From a bacterium (GTDB taxonomy: Bacteria > UBA8248), in assembly GCA_965213685.1 (NCBI GenBank), contig CBDBZY010000041.1, positions 32,001 to 96,000 on the forward strand: a stretch of DNA of 64,000 bases. Direction: 5' to 3'. Both the position numbers and the translations under genes were made by a program. The notes beneath the pieces were generated by a model. That model searched no databases, had not been told where the DNA came from, and was given only the letters and a program-made list of their open reading frames with translations. Position 1 is the stretch's first letter. Every line of letters begins with the position of its first letter. Below, in pieces: positions 1 through 37,073 of this stretch.

Positions 1-200
1 CATGGGCTGGTGTGGGGTATTGATGGAGTGTTGATGTTCACATGTGAAGTGCTAATGAGTATACTAGTGACAGAGAGCTCTGCTGTTCCCTGTCTCCACT
101 CTTACACATGAACACAAGAGATGGTCCACATGTATACATGTATGTACATGTACATGTGTACATGTACATGTGTACATGTACATGTGTACATGTACATGTG

Positions 201-719
201 TACATGTACATGTGTACATGTGTAGCTCAATGGACTAGGAACTAGTACATTTAAATATAACACCCTGCATTTCATGCCTTCCATATGCACGTGAGCCTGA
301 GGCCCGCCCCCTAGGCTGGCTAGCCTTATAAATGTGTGCTTCCCCTTATCCTGCCGCTAATAAGTACCAAGCTTTGGCTTGGTCTCCAAAGCAGACACAG
401 GAATTCGAACTCTACCCTCAGGCCTCCCCCTTGGCAGAGTGGTTATGCGTTCCGTCTGGTAAACGGATGAACGTGGGTTCGAATCCCGCAGTGGGAGCCG
501 GGTTTTTTTTCCGGCGAGGAAAACTGGTGTCTGCTACGGATACGGAGCAGGAGTGGCCTTAGGTTCACAAAACAGAGCATTCATGCCTAGTACATTTAAA
601 TATAACACCCTGCATTTCATGCCTTCCATATGCACATGAGCCTGAGGCCCGCCCCCTAGGCTGGCTAGCCTTATATACATGTACATGTGTACATGTGTAG
701 CTCAATAGACTAGGAACTA
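201..719 (+). mobile_element. tRNA-containing insertion with nested direct repeats (B-A-tRNA-like-A-B), SINE-like or Penelope-dependent
   Basis: 89-bp direct repeats at 242-330 and 587-675 (1 mismatch). 44-bp outer repeats at 201-244 and 676-719 (1 mismatch). tRNA-like core at ~421-500 with A-box TGGCAGAGTGG, B-box GGTTCGAATCC and arm TCCGT-CTGGTAA-ACGGA, followed by a T8 run. Confidence 0.55.
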
Positions 720-811
720 TATACAATGTACATGTACATGTATAAGTGTGTGTGTGCTTGCATATGCATGTACATGTACATGTAATTTCCAGCCTGCCTC
801 TCTCTCTTCAG

Positions 812-15840
<15,029 letters not shown>

Positions 15841-16087
15841 TGCCATGATGATTATATAACTACAATAGGCTGACTATGCATGCTGTGTAGAACTACTTGT
15901 TACTGTACAAAGGAAGTGTTAGTTTCTATTGTTTTCTTTCTGGATATCTTGTGTTTCATTACATGCTTATTATACTCCAAATTTAATTATTACAATCACA
16001 TTAATTATTGTTAGCCACTAAAATTTAAGTGACCTCACAACTACAGTGGAACCCTTCTGAAGCGGACACCATTGGGACCTGTCCAAT

Positions 16088-16403
16088 GGGCAATAGACCC
16101 CCTAATGCACGACCCTCGTCAAAGGACCGGACTGGGCCGGACCGGAAGTCGTACCGGTTAATGGACGGCTCATCGGTTTTGTGACGGGGCAGGGGCTAGG
16201 GGTAGGCTAGTCCACTCGATTTTGTGACGGAGTAGGGGCTAGGGGTAGGCTAGGAACTAACAGCAGTAGACTCGAACGCGCATATAATTGCACAGATGCC
16301 GTGTATGCCACTTGATCCGACGTCTATACGTCTAGTCTACATCTAAATCTTGACTATGCTGCACAGTATGACTTCCGGTCCGGGTTTTGAAGGGCCAATT
16401 ACC
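16088..16403. mobile_element. MITE with GGGCTAGGGGTAGGCTA internal repeats, next to a pogo-like left end (CAGTGGAACC, ~16044)
   Basis: Imperfect inverted ends share CCGGACCGGAAGTC(G/A)TAC. The internal motif also occurs in the 32128-32646 element. No TSD found. Confidence 0.5.
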
Positions 16404-16504
16404 TGGGAGATATTTTGCATTACTATATGCTTTTTGTACTTTTCAGGGAGCTCTAATACATGATTTTTCTCATCCTCTGTACGCAATATGCTAAAGTGTG
16501 CATG

Positions 16505-16940
16505 CTAGTGGTAGTATATACAAATTGTGGAGGAGGATGATGCAGTAACTGATGATGTGGTCCAAAATATCCGACCCGAATGGACAAAGTTGAGCCGCAC
16601 GTGGTGATTATACAATTGCAATACATTAATATGGAATGTATGCACTTGTAGGGCAGCTCCCAAGCACCAGTGCCGAGTGTCCTGAGGGGTACAGACTTTG
16701 AGAGCTGGCAGCTGAGCACAGCACACTTGTGTCATCTCAAGCAGGCACGTGGATTGCTTCTACTGGACGGCCTACTAGTGTAGCTGAGAAACACGTTGAA
16801 GAGTGTATCAGGAGACTTGATAGCGCTGCCGCCTACTGTGACTCTGGTCCCACCACACCAGTTGCCTAGTGTGTGGAGTTTGCAATGAGTGGTAATGTGA
16901 GCAATCTCTTCACTCTTGAGAGGCACCGAAAGAAAGGACT
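16505..16940 (+). pseudogene. Truncated, frameshifted GNAT paralog fragment
   Basis: Closely matches ~17877-18305 but has indels and stops. Confidence 0.85.
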
Positions 16941-17483
16941 ATACCAGTTAGGAAATCACAGTTCTACATAATTATGTGGAAAGACAACTGAGACAACTAA
17001 TGACCATGAACAGCACCATGAAAATGAATTCATTTCAAAATACCTGTTGTTACACTCACGCCTTGAAAACCCACTGAAGTGTATGATGACGCTTCTAAGA
17101 ACCTATGTCATTGCACAATGATCAAACTTGTGATTATTATGCGTACATGCAGTAACTACAAATTATTATTCAAATCTGTTTACTGCAGTAACTTCTTTCT
17201 AAGTAGCTGCATGCTCAACATTACAGGGCTTGTATTACATAATCCGTATCAGACATGGCATACCCGGCATGTCGTACGTCATTGTTCCCATGAACTCTGT
17301 GCATTATATAGCATTACTCTGCATCCATGTCTTGTCTCCATACCATTTTATGCAATCCTTATTCAATTATTTGTAATGTTAGTGGTTACTATTCTCGTAC
17401 TGCATGAGTGAAGGCGTGGCTCCCAGGCCAGGAAAAACCGTAATTCCTCCCCATACGGAAAACTACGGTTGACCCTGGGAATC

Positions 17484-18470
17484 ATGTGTGCTAAGAGTAC
17501 GGGTGTTGCTGTAAGTCACTTGCTCCAACGCCTTCGTTGGCCATTATGCACACAGAGAGTCGCTCGATACCACGTTAACGACAGGTCAGTACCCAGCTGT
17601 ACCGTTATCCGATTAGACGCCGGTGATCTGGGTAAGCTACGTGCGAAGATGAAGGCAGGTTCACCTAGAGCCAGCACATTGTGTAATTCACTCAGGAACG
17701 TGATCGAAGGACGAGTGGAGGGACATTTCTACACGGACGGATGGCCAGAGTTCACCACGGTCGTGTTCCAGTGCCTCCAGCCCAGACTCTCTGACGTGTG
17801 TGACCTCCACTGCTACACTACCTCCAAACAGCAACTGCACTGCGTCTTGGAACAGGCTCGCCTCGTGACCAGTGGTCAGTGGCAGTATATACAAATTGTG
17901 GAGGATGATGATGCAGTAACTGATTATGTGGTCCAAAATATCCGACCCGATGGACAAACAAAGTTGAGCCATGATGATTATACAATATATCAATATGGAA
18001 TGTATGCTCTTGTAGGGCAGCTCCCAAGCACCAGTGCCAAGTGTCCTGAGGGATACAGACTTGGAGAGCTGGCAGCTAAGCACAGCACACTCGTGTCATC
18101 TCAAGCAGGCACGTGGATTGCTTCTACTGGATGGCCTACTAGTGTAGCTGAGAAATACTTTGAAGAGTGTATCAGGAGACTTGATAGCGCTGCCGCCTAC
18201 TGTGACTCTGATCCCACCACACCAGTGGCCTGGTGTGTGGAGTTTGCAATGAGTGGTGATGTGAGCAATCTCTTCACTCTTGAGGGGCATCGAAAGAAAG
18301 GACTAGGGACTGCTGTTAAGAGAGCGCTGTGTCAGAAACAAGTGCGTCAAGGTGATATGGCATTTTCAGTTGTTGTTGATGGTTCACCTACAAGTAGTAC
18401 TAACTGGCAGAGCAAACTAGGATTTCAGTATGTTGGTAGAATGAGAGGTGTTTTTGTACTCAATCATTAA
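17484..18470 (+). CDS. Intronless GNAT acyltransferase (glycine N-acyltransferase/FR47-like), long N-terminus
   Basis: Acetyl-CoA motif A LFTLEGHRKKGLGTAV and C-terminal KLGF. First ATG at 17484. Arg-rich, acid-poor N-terminal extension. Confidence 0.85.
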   Translation: MCAKSTGVAVSHLLQRLRWPLCTQRVARYHVNDRSVPSCTVIRLDAGDLGKLRAKMKAGSPRASTLCNSLRNVIEGRVEGHFYTDGWPEFTTVVFQCLQPRLSDVCDLHCYTTSKQQLHCVLEQARLVTSGQWQYIQIVEDDDAVTDYVVQNIRPDGQTKLSHDDYTIYQYGMYALVGQLPSTSAKCPEGYRLGELAAKHSTLVSSQAGTWIASTGWPTSVAEKYFEECIRRLDSAAAYCDSDPTTPVAWCVEFAMSGDVSNLFTLEGHRKKGLGTAVKRALCQKQVRQGDMAFSVVVDGSPTSSTNWQSKLGFQYVGRMRGVFVLNH

Positions 18471-20116
18471 GTTACTGCAGTATTCATAATACATACATTA
18501 TTCATACAGCAATTCATGAACACTTTTCTATAATTATGAGCCCTGTCATTTTTCTGTTAACCACGCCCCCTCACACTGCTAGGTTTGCGTGTGCATGTAG
18601 ATGTATATTTTTCTAAGCCGATGAGGTTGTTACATATATTTATTTTTCTAAGCCGTTGAGGCTGTTATTAAACTATATTTTTCTAAGCCGTTGAGGTTGT
18701 TGTCTATTTTATAGTGTGTGATTCTTCTTTCTTTCTTCTCTGTTCTTTTCTTTCTTTCTTTCAAGTTGTGGTGCACTATGCACGTGATTGTTCATGTACA
18801 TATACAAAAACACTACTGAGTGAGGGCATTTTATGCAGTATTATTATGGAGAGAATTGACGTTTGGACCAACAATATATGATTCATGATCATCCATTTTC
18901 CTCAGAAGAGACACTGTGCTGACCCATTTCCTTGCAACGGGGTGGAGGGCTCTGATTGGGGACCAATTTCCTCCTCCTCCTTGTCCTTCTCTGTCTCTTT
19001 AGATCTCCTTTTCATCACCCCAGATAGTGGCTCAGTCTGAACCATCCTCAGGCCCTCCTCTTCCTCCTCAGAAGCATCACCCACCTTCCCACCTTCTCTT
19101 CAACCACCACTGCCCTTACCTGGAGGTAGTGGCTCAATGAACTCCTCCTCTTCCTCCCCCTCGCCTCCCCTCCTTTCCTACTCCCTCCTCCATACCCCTC
19201 GCCATTGCCTCATTATTCCATGCACCCTTCTTCTTAGCAAGCAGCTATTAGCCATCCTCGGGCTCTTATTGTATTCTCATTCTGCACAGCCATGACTTCC
19301 CTACATCTTTCAAAACATTACATATGCTCTTCATACAGGCCTATGACTATGGTATGCATGTTGATGATGAAATAGCAAAAAATTGTGTCCAATGTCCTCT
19401 GCGATAAGGTAGCTGTAGGAACATGTTGATTTGTGCTACATTTGGCAACACCTAGCAACACCTTCATAACTGTAACAAGTGGTAGAATGCCTCTATATTA
19501 TAGACATTAGGCATTCTACCAGTGACCTTTGAACTCATAAGCCACAGGGTCAAAGGTTTCATGTAAAATTCGCTCGAGCAGAGGGCCTGGGAACAAGGCT
19601 AGGTCCGGTTGCTATGCAGTTAGGTTGCCCTCCACATGCATGCCTAGTTAGTCAAAAAGTTGCCACTAGTGAAATTGAAATTATTCAACAGGAAAATAAT
19701 GTACGCGGAATATCAAGTGTGTAATAATGGGAAATACGCCTACATATGACCTAACAGGAAGTATACTCTAATGTCTAAATAAGTCCAAAACTATACTGCC
19801 ACGTTAGAGAGACTGTCACATGTCTCTCACACTATGCTGAGACCAAGAGCAGACAGTCCAATGGCAATCCACACACCTGTATATTGGGGGTTAAACAAGC
19901 AATTAAGGCAAAGGTCATCAAGTGCCTCTTTGTGGTGTGTGTGATGATACCACTGGTATTTTGAGTTACATCTATGTATGTGAAAGCAAATGAGTCGGAG
20001 TTGAAAGTGAAAGGGGCAGTTAAGTAATCTTCAGCATAACGCAAAATTAGGCTACAAAAATCATTACTGCATAACAATACTCCTCATTGTGCTGACTAAT
20101 CATGGTGTGGAAATGG

Positions 20117-29074
<8,958 letters not shown>

Positions 29075-29148
29075 AGCGTGGTCTGCTAAGTCAGGAGCCC
29101 ATAAGCGCCGCGAATTGGCGTCCCTGGCTAAATATTCGGCGTAGTTAA

Positions 29149-29731
29149 GGGTGGTCGGACATGGCTACTGTGCGGCTCTAAAGGAATGCGCAGATCTGGG
29201 CTTCGTGGTTAATTAGTAGAAGCCATATGCAACAGCTGCACGCATTAGCGTAGTAGATCTGGCCGGTCTAAAGTATGCAGCGTGCATAACTCTGTAAAAC
29301 TCCGTAGCGCTTTTCCTGATCGGGACGCCCTTCCGTTGGCGTCATCGTGGACAGGTACCGCAGACCGTAACGTGGAGTTTTTCCGAATTGAACGCTCCAA
29401 ATTCGAGAAACGTTCAAAAACCCGTGCTTGCGTACTAGATACGGTGAAAACGGCCACGTTAATGGCTAGCGCTTGCTCGAATAGCCCTGGTGCCTGAGTT
29501 TCAGGGAGGTAGGTAAATCGGTTAAGAAGTTTTATAGAGAAAGAGTCCAAGATTTTACCGCCGTAACTCTCGGTGACTAGGTAAGCTGGAGCTGTGAAAC
29601 TTGGTATACGAGTTGCAGTGTCTGCAGTGTCTATAAGGGCCCAAACGCGACATTGGTAGGTACTGTACTTTGCGAGATATAATAGCATAGCAACCACATG
29701 CCTCATTAATATTCATGATGTCCGACCACCC
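29149..29731 (-). mobile_element. Kolobok-type MITE, copy 1
   Basis: TTAA TSD and TIR GGGTGGTCGGACAT. Near-identical to 47579-48162 in the opposite orientation. Lies ~75 bp upstream of the Ig gene ATG. Confidence 0.85.
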
Positions 29732-30214
29732 TTAAATGGTTGTGCGAGAACGACACCACCTTTGGGGTGTCAAATGCAGGACACCCCAGGTCAGTGTCAT
29801 AATAACACACCTTAGAGTGTTAGCGCTACACTCTAGTTTCTCCACGGAGCACCCCATTGTTGTCTTGACTGCACCCCTCCTTTCTCTATACCACACCCTA
29901 TGGGTGTCTTCACCACACCCCTTTCTTACCCCACTGGTGCTTTAGTTACACCCCAGTAGTGTTACAATTACACCCCTACTCTGTGTAGACTACACCCCAC
30001 TTGTGTCTCAGTATGACACTCCTGCTGTGTTGTAGTTACACCACAGTGGTGCATTTCTTACACCCCTTTTCTTTACAAAATTGTCAGTAGTAAAAATAAT
30101 TATGATAGAAACAGTGCATATACAGTACACTTGGAAGTGGTGACAATACATGCAAAACTCAATGAGGTACCAATTCAATGTCAGTAAAGGTGTCCATATT
30201 GAGTGAATACATAT

Positions 30215-31180
30215 GGGATTCCAATCCACACTGTCCAGAGCTTCTTCGGTGTTGATTAAGAGACCCTGTACATAAAACATAGCAGGAGCAGTGTATACAC
30301 TGCAAAAACTCCATGGTTATTTTAACCAATACGAGTGGTTATCTCAGTTGCACATTTGTTCTGCCAACACTGAATAGAGGTATGAAGAATGCGTAAGATA
30401 TGTAGGATATTACCCAGGAGGGATTGAGCGGTAAAGTAAATGACAGTCTATTAGTCTACTGAGCATGACAGAGGAGTGACAACCTATCATGGGCTGTTTA
30501 CGCATCCCCTGTAATTCTTGTCATAGCACACAATTACTTTTACAACACCCAATTACACACGTATTATTGGAGACACTCTACACTTTGCCCACATGCCTTC
30601 AGTGTCAAGAGTATAGAATAACTCAGTGTTGGGGGGGAGTGTGGGGGTGACATGATGTCATTCAGTTGCAACTGAGATAACCTTAGCAAGGGATTCCAAT
30701 CCACACTGTCCAGAGCTTCTTCAGTGTTGATTAAGAGACCCTGTACATAAAACATAGCAGGAGCAGTGTATACACTGCAAAAACTCCATGGTTATTTTAA
30801 CCAATACAAATGGTTATCTCAGTTGCACATTTGTTCTGCCAACACTGAATAGAGGTATGAAGAATGCGTAAGATGTGTAGGATATTACCCAGGAGGGATT
30901 GAGCGGTAAAGTAAATGACAGTCTATTAGTCTACTGAGCATGACAGAGAAGTGACCACTGTTTATGCTTCCCCTGTCAAATTCATGTTATAGCACACAAC
31001 TACTTTCACAACACCCAATTACTCACGTATTATTGGAGACACTACACTTTGCCCACATGCCTTCAGTCTCAAGAGTATAGGATAACTCAGTGTGGAGGGT
31101 GAGTGTGGGGGTGACATGATGTCATTCAGTTGCAACTGAGATAACCTTAGCAAGGTTGAAATAACCATCTGTTTTTAGTT
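30215..31180. repeat. Tandem duplication (~475-bp unit) containing a CACTG element and its flank
   Basis: GGGATTCCAATCCACACTGTCC...GAGATAACCTTAGCAAGG recurs at ~30215 and ~30690. Confidence 0.85.
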
Positions 31181-32127
31181 ACACGTTTGTAAGAGGGCAT
31201 CTAAATACTTACCTTTAATGAAAATGTTAGCTTCATGGATGAACTGATATATATGGTCTGAAATATGTGGACATAAAATAGATACAACATAATACATGCA
31301 AGTAGCTATAGGCTGCAAGATGTTGCTTTGTAGGGCTAACTACCTCAATACTTACCATAATAGTGATGTTCCTCAGGGTAAAGTGTAAAACTTCTTCAAT
31401 GAAATTAATTCTGCAATGAAGGATGAAAACGTAAAGTACATACCACACATTTGTATTATGGGACTTCTAACAGAAACATACCTCCCTGAGAGTCCAGTCA
31501 TGGTAGGTACACCTTCTTTATGGTAATGTGTTAGATGTTCTTATAGGTAATATACCACACAGTACAGGTATAGGCTTCAATTCTTCTTCACTCCTACACT
31601 TCTATAAAAGACAAGTTCTTGCATTCAAAAACTAGATATCACTTCACCATTACTCACTAAGGAAACCACATAAATGGGCAGACCTTAGAGTGCTTCCTGA
31701 GTGGTCACACCATACATGATACCACAAGACAGGATGTGGCCAATTCATTGCCAACATCTGGAGAGGGAAGGAGAGTCATGCAAGTGTACATGTTTGTTCA
31801 CAATATATGGCACTTTCCCCCTTACCTTTGTGCAAAAAAGCTTCATGCCAGTTGAGGTAGTTGACAGGCAGGTCTTCTGGGGAGGGGTAGGGTTATACAT
31901 CTCGTGTTTAATAGCGCTAGTTTGAGGTGATAGGAGTGCTCTATAAAACATGACAAGGGACACACTTCAAGCACAAAAACGAATATATGGCTTACGAAAG
32001 TTCATGCTTGCCCAGAGCTCACCGAAGCACGCACAATGAGAGATAAAAGTACATTCTTGTCTTGTTTATCTTCCACTGATCTCAGTAGCACCGATCTCAG
32101 GCCGGATATCGTTTTTCACGCGGGAGG

Positions 32128-32646
32128 GGATCAACTTCAATAGACGGACCAAGCGTGTAATCACTTCCGCAATAGGATTTAGCTGTTCCCTAGCCTGTGC
32201 CTAGCCTACCCTTAGCCCTTGCCTGTACCTAGCCTACCCCTAGCCCTTGCCCTGTCACACGACTAAATAGTCAGGCGGTGACTATGCTACCGCTCGGCCC
32301 ACCGCAGATTGATTTTTCTATGGTCTTGCCGTAACCTAGCCTCTCCTTCCGGGCGTTCTATGGTGTCACACGGTTTGTGTGTCTATAGGTTACAAGAGTA
32401 AACACCATTGTTCGGGGCGCAAGCGCCCCTCGGTTGCTAGGCCCTAGCAAGGATCGTGTCTGAATGGTTAGGCTAAGGACCTCCTTGCGCACGCACTTTG
32501 CGAGGTGCCGTGTATCCGACCTGATCCCATGTAGGTTAATCGTGTGACGGGGCAAGGGCTAGGGGTAGGCTAAGTACAGGCTAGGGAACAGCTAAAACCT
32601 ATTGCGGAAGTGATTACACGCTTGGTCCGTCTATTGAAGTTGATCC
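32128..32646. mobile_element. MITE with long TIRs and an 8-bp TSD (Merlin/hAT/Zisupton-type, unassigned)
   Basis: About 50-bp perfect TIR GGATCAACTTCAATAGACGGACCAAGCGTGTAATCACTTCCGCAATAGG. TSD GCGGGAGG at 32120-32127 and 32647-32654. Confidence 0.9.
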
Positions 32647-33049
32647 GCGGGAGGTTTTAGCTGAACTTCATGGTAACTCTGCCATCAATCCGTGATTTTC
32701 ACTGCCCTCTAAATATGATGGGAACTTGCGCTTTGAAGAAATCACGGCTGGAGTAACCTTTCACGTTCGAACGACGCTACCGCGCTTTTTTCGGGCGCAG
32801 GCGCACATCGTTTTGGGCGTGCACTCGGCCGGGCGCGGCGGCCAAGTGGCAGTTGACCTTGACACAGAAAGCGCGCGATGTGTTGGGAGCCGTGAGGGGC
32901 TGTTTCTACACGCATCACTCTGCGATTGCTGGAGGAGACCAGTGAGTTTATAGAGGACTTGCACGTGACGTCATAGGTCATGTGATAAACCGGAAGGCGC
33001 CATCTTTGGGGGCAACGTAGCGGAACGCAGCAGTTAAATTTATACAGAA

Positions 33050-34670
33050 ATGGTGAAGACGTGTTGCGTTTACGGGTGCACCAAGCGTGGAGGACGGGAT
33101 GCAAGCATTTCTTTTTACTCCATACCTGCCGTGATAGAGAACCAAGGGGAGAATACAAAAGAATTGTCGTTTAGACGGCGTCAGGCATGGATAGCAAAGA
33201 TCAATAGAAAGGAATGGGTTCCGTCTTCGTCATCTCGCGTATGTTCGGAACATTTCTTGTCTGGTAAGCATAAATATTTCTTAGATAAATAAGTCTTAAT
33301 AAGTTCACTCCGCAATGAATAGGTAAGCCAGCCTACCTGCATGACTCCACGAGTCCAGACTGGGTGCCCAGTCTGAAAATGGGCTATGCAAACCAGGTAC
33401 CTGATGAGAAACGGCATGCCCGTCTGCGCAAACGAAAAAGACTGGAGGATGCTGATTTGGAGGATACAGTGGAGAATGACGGAAATGCTGAGACTGGTGT
33501 TGCAAGTCAGACTTGTGTGCTTCTAGTGGATGCTGCATGCCAGACTGACAACACAATGGAAGACCTCATGAAAATGGAAGAAGAACTAAAACAACTACGA
33601 CAGGAGTATCAGGATCTGAAGAATGAGAATGCTCAGAAAACAGATGCTTCATTTACTGTAGACGTCCTGAAGACTGATGAGCAGAGGTTGAAGTTTTACA
33701 CAGGTTAAATGAATCACATGATAATTGTCAATGTTCAATTGGTAATAAGTAAGTTGTATAATCTCCTTCATTGTAGGAATATCTGAATGGTGCATTTTCA
33801 ATGCTCTCTTCACTCTTCTTTTGCCGTGTCTTCCCGAAAGTTCCAAACTTTCCAAGATGTCAATGCTTATAATGTTTTTCATGAAGCTTCGACTTAATCT
33901 TTTTGAAGAAGACATTGGCTATAGATTTGGAGTACATCCTTCCACTGTGTCCAGGAATTTCCACCGTGTCTTGGATGTTGTTGCTGCCAGGACAACTCAC
34001 TTGATCAAATGGCCAGATAGGGATACACTATATCAAACAATGCCAATGACATTCAGAAAGTTCTTTAAGAAATGTTGTGTTATAATAGATTGTACTGAAG
34101 TATTTATGGAACGTCCTTCAGACTTACTTGCTCGTAGTTAAGTGTGGAGTAACTACAAGCATCATTCTACCATAAAGTTCTTAATTGGTATAACACCTCA
34201 GGGAACAATATCCTTTGTATCAGAGTGTGTTGGAGGTCGTATGTCAGACAAGGAGATTGTGGAACAGTCTAAACTCTTGGATCACCTCCTTCCAGGTATA
34301 AAATAACTTCGTATTAATTATAATACTGTACTATTTCATTTCTTTAGGTGATGTCATTTTGGCTGACCGAGGGTTCACCTGCAATGATTATGCACAGATG
34401 GCAATGGCCGAAGTGAGATTACCGCCCTTTACCCGAGGAAAGAGGCAGCTTGAGAAAGTGGATATTGATTGGAGCAGAGAATTGTCCATCGTTAGAATAC
34501 ATGTTGAGCGTGTTATTGGTGTTCTGAAGCAGAAGTACACAATACTTCAAGGGGTCTTACCTATTGCTTTAATTGCCGACAATAAAGACACCAAATCCAC
34601 AATAGACAAAATAGTGCAAGTATGTTGTGCAATGGTTAATCTCTGCCCCTCTGTTGTACCTCTAGAATGA
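33050..34670 (+). pseudogene. THAP + HTH + DDE_Tnp_4 transposase with one premature stop
   Basis: Exons 33050-33263, 33323-33703, 33777-34295, 34348-34670. THAP motifs CCVYGC...W...VCSEHF...DWVPS; catalytic motifs IIDCTE, LADRGF, RIHVERVIG. In-frame TAA at 34139-34141 (ARS*VWS), after which the frame continues. Confidence 0.85.
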
Positions 34671-34809
34671 GCTGTAAGTACCCTGTAAATGTTGTGTACG
34701 TACCCTGTTAATGTTGTGGTTCATCACCAGTACAAATATAGAAATCATCATTGTAGTATTGGGATACAATCATGTAGCATGACCAATACATGTGGAGAAC
34801 ACTTGACTG

Positions 34810-37073
34810 TCACTTCCTCTTTCTTGCACTAAACTTAGGCAATTTTCTACATGATGGACAATACCATTTTCCTTTAGGAGTACTCAGTATCCGTAAGCAA
34901 TCAAAGTGGAACCATTTTATTGTGCACATCTCATGGTCACATAATATCATGTCTCCATGACTTGGTTCATTGCAATAACACCACAGCTTGGAAAAATCTT
35001 CCTTTTCATCCATCACAGCACTTTGCATATCTGATGTGGGTGTAGCAGTAGATGTAGGAAGTGGTACTCTACCAGCTGTACTGGCAACAGGTTTTCTGGT
35101 ATACCATTTACCCACAATTTCAGGAAGTACACCATAAATAAAGAAGTGTCTAACATCTTCCATTTTACTGTTATAGAATGCATAGTCCACTGTAATTCGC
35201 TCCACTATAACTTCCCCCCTGCTCCACACAACAAAGTCACAGTATGGCAGTTTGCATACTGCTAACTGCATTTGAACTTGATAATAGTAGGTGTGGGTTC
35301 TTTTTAGCTTCCATTTATCGTTATCTTTTGTCAGACAAAACATATTTACTTCTTCTTTGGGAAGACCATCTTTCACACAGTGAGGACACTTTACTTCCAG
35401 CACTCCTTTCCCACAGCAGGTACAACTGACAATGCCATCAGGCGTTGCTCCAATGTAGGGTTGTGACGGGTCAACAAAAAACCCTGTTTTCGATACCTGT
35501 AGCTCAGTATGATGCTTACAAGCTTGATCAGTGTAAGACTTAACTGCATCTTTCTCATGTGTACATCCCCATCTGTAGTTTTGTCAATATAATTATATCA
35601 ATGCATAACTATAATGTTTCATGCACTTTAAATACTTACATAGTGGCTGCTGTCTTAAATTTGAAAGCTTCTGGGTAGCACAGCCTCTTAATCAAGCTTT
35701 GTGATGGCATATATGTATTTGTAGCAGCTGCTGCTTTGAAATTTGATGCTGTAATTCTCCCAGCCCGGTGCAAAAACCACACTTTGCTAGATGCTTGCTC
35801 CCGTGTTGCTTCCTCCAACTTGACTGCCTGTTCCTGAGTCACCTTCAAAATGAAATATGGTGTGTAACAATTACTTTACCATTACCTGTTGGGTACAAAA
35901 TATCATTAAAGCTTGTCATATACCTTAATGGACTCAAATGTCTTTTCACATTCCCTGAGCAAATCTAGATAACCAATGTCTAAGGTGGCTGGATTGTAGT
36001 ACTCAGTCAAGGGCTGTGGAAAAATAGAGAGGCTAAGCCGTGGGATGAATGCCTCTGCAAATGGTGGAGTAATTCTAAGGATGGCAGGCTTGCTCTTAGC
36101 TTTGCTAATTGAGCCATAAAAGGTTTCCAATTCAGTCTCAGTTGGCTGAGAAATCTTCTTCAGTGTGGGGGCACCATCACTGTCAGCTGATCGTTTGCGG
36201 CTGTTATTGCTTGGTTGAACAAATTTGATTTCACTCACTGGAACTGGGACAACCTGTGCACATGTAGTTTATAGAAAAGTAGTGCTACATGTATGTACAA
36301 TGATTATATAAAAACAACCTACATTTCGAGCTGGAGGAAGCCATGTGCATTGCTGGGAGGTGCAGGATTCTACTCCAGACTTATTTCGCATTTCAGTAGC
36401 TCGGACTAAACTTGACAGAATAGCTGCAATATGAGAGCACGCCTCTCCCAGTCTGTGTATGGAAAGCTGAAAATCTTTAAGCATCCTTCTACTTCATTTA
36501 CTTACCCTGCCATGCAAGCACAATGAGCCCCTATAACTTCTCCATTTTTCTCCACAATCACCCATGGTAACAGTGGAGTTGCTGACACCCGCTGGGAGTG
36601 CTTTACCTGCACATTATAGTCAATTGAACAGGTATTTAGTAGTAAATGACCTCCAGAATCGTTATACTTTACCTTTCCCATGATGACATATCTCACATTA
36701 TTAGAGGAAACAAAGCGGTGCAGCCTTAAGTTATGTATCCAGCCAGCCTTAAGGAAACAGTCACCATCAAGCATTCCCTTCCAGGCCTAACATGTAATTA
36801 TACATCAAAAACTATAAAGTTCTTAGGCAGACACTTATACATTTTCTGTCCTACCTTTATCTCCTCTCTAGTGTATGGACTTGGCGTAGAAACCATGTAC
36901 AGCATCATATCACTCCAGTGCACGTCGGGCGCATCCTCGGGCGTCTCAGTCCAGTGCTCAATTGCGTATGGATCTACCCTAAGCCCTGCAGAAACAACCT
37001 TAGCTTCGTATATATCTTTCTTTCGATTGGAAAGAAAGGTTGACGAAGTACTCCGACTTGCGCTCCATTGCAT
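34810..37073 (-). CDS. SWIM + YqaJ/lambda-exonuclease-like + PHD finger protein of ISL2EU (about 7 exons)
   Basis: SWIM AHCACMAG|LGEACSHIAA. YqaJ motifs TREQASSKVWFLHRAGRITAS, IGATPDG, LEVKCP, YYYQVQMQ. ING-like PHD WCYCNEPSHGDMILCD...WFHFDC...WYCPSC. Confidence 0.85.

Noticed and set aside
18900-19290. Cytoplasmic-tail exons of the Ig gene
   Set aside because: Glu-rich and exon-like, but contains stops and has no upstream TM exon. It cannot be linked from sequence alone.
34139-34141. Programmed stop-codon readthrough in the ISL2EU transposase
   Set aside because: A simple CAA-to-TAA nonsense change at a usual Gln position is more parsimonious.
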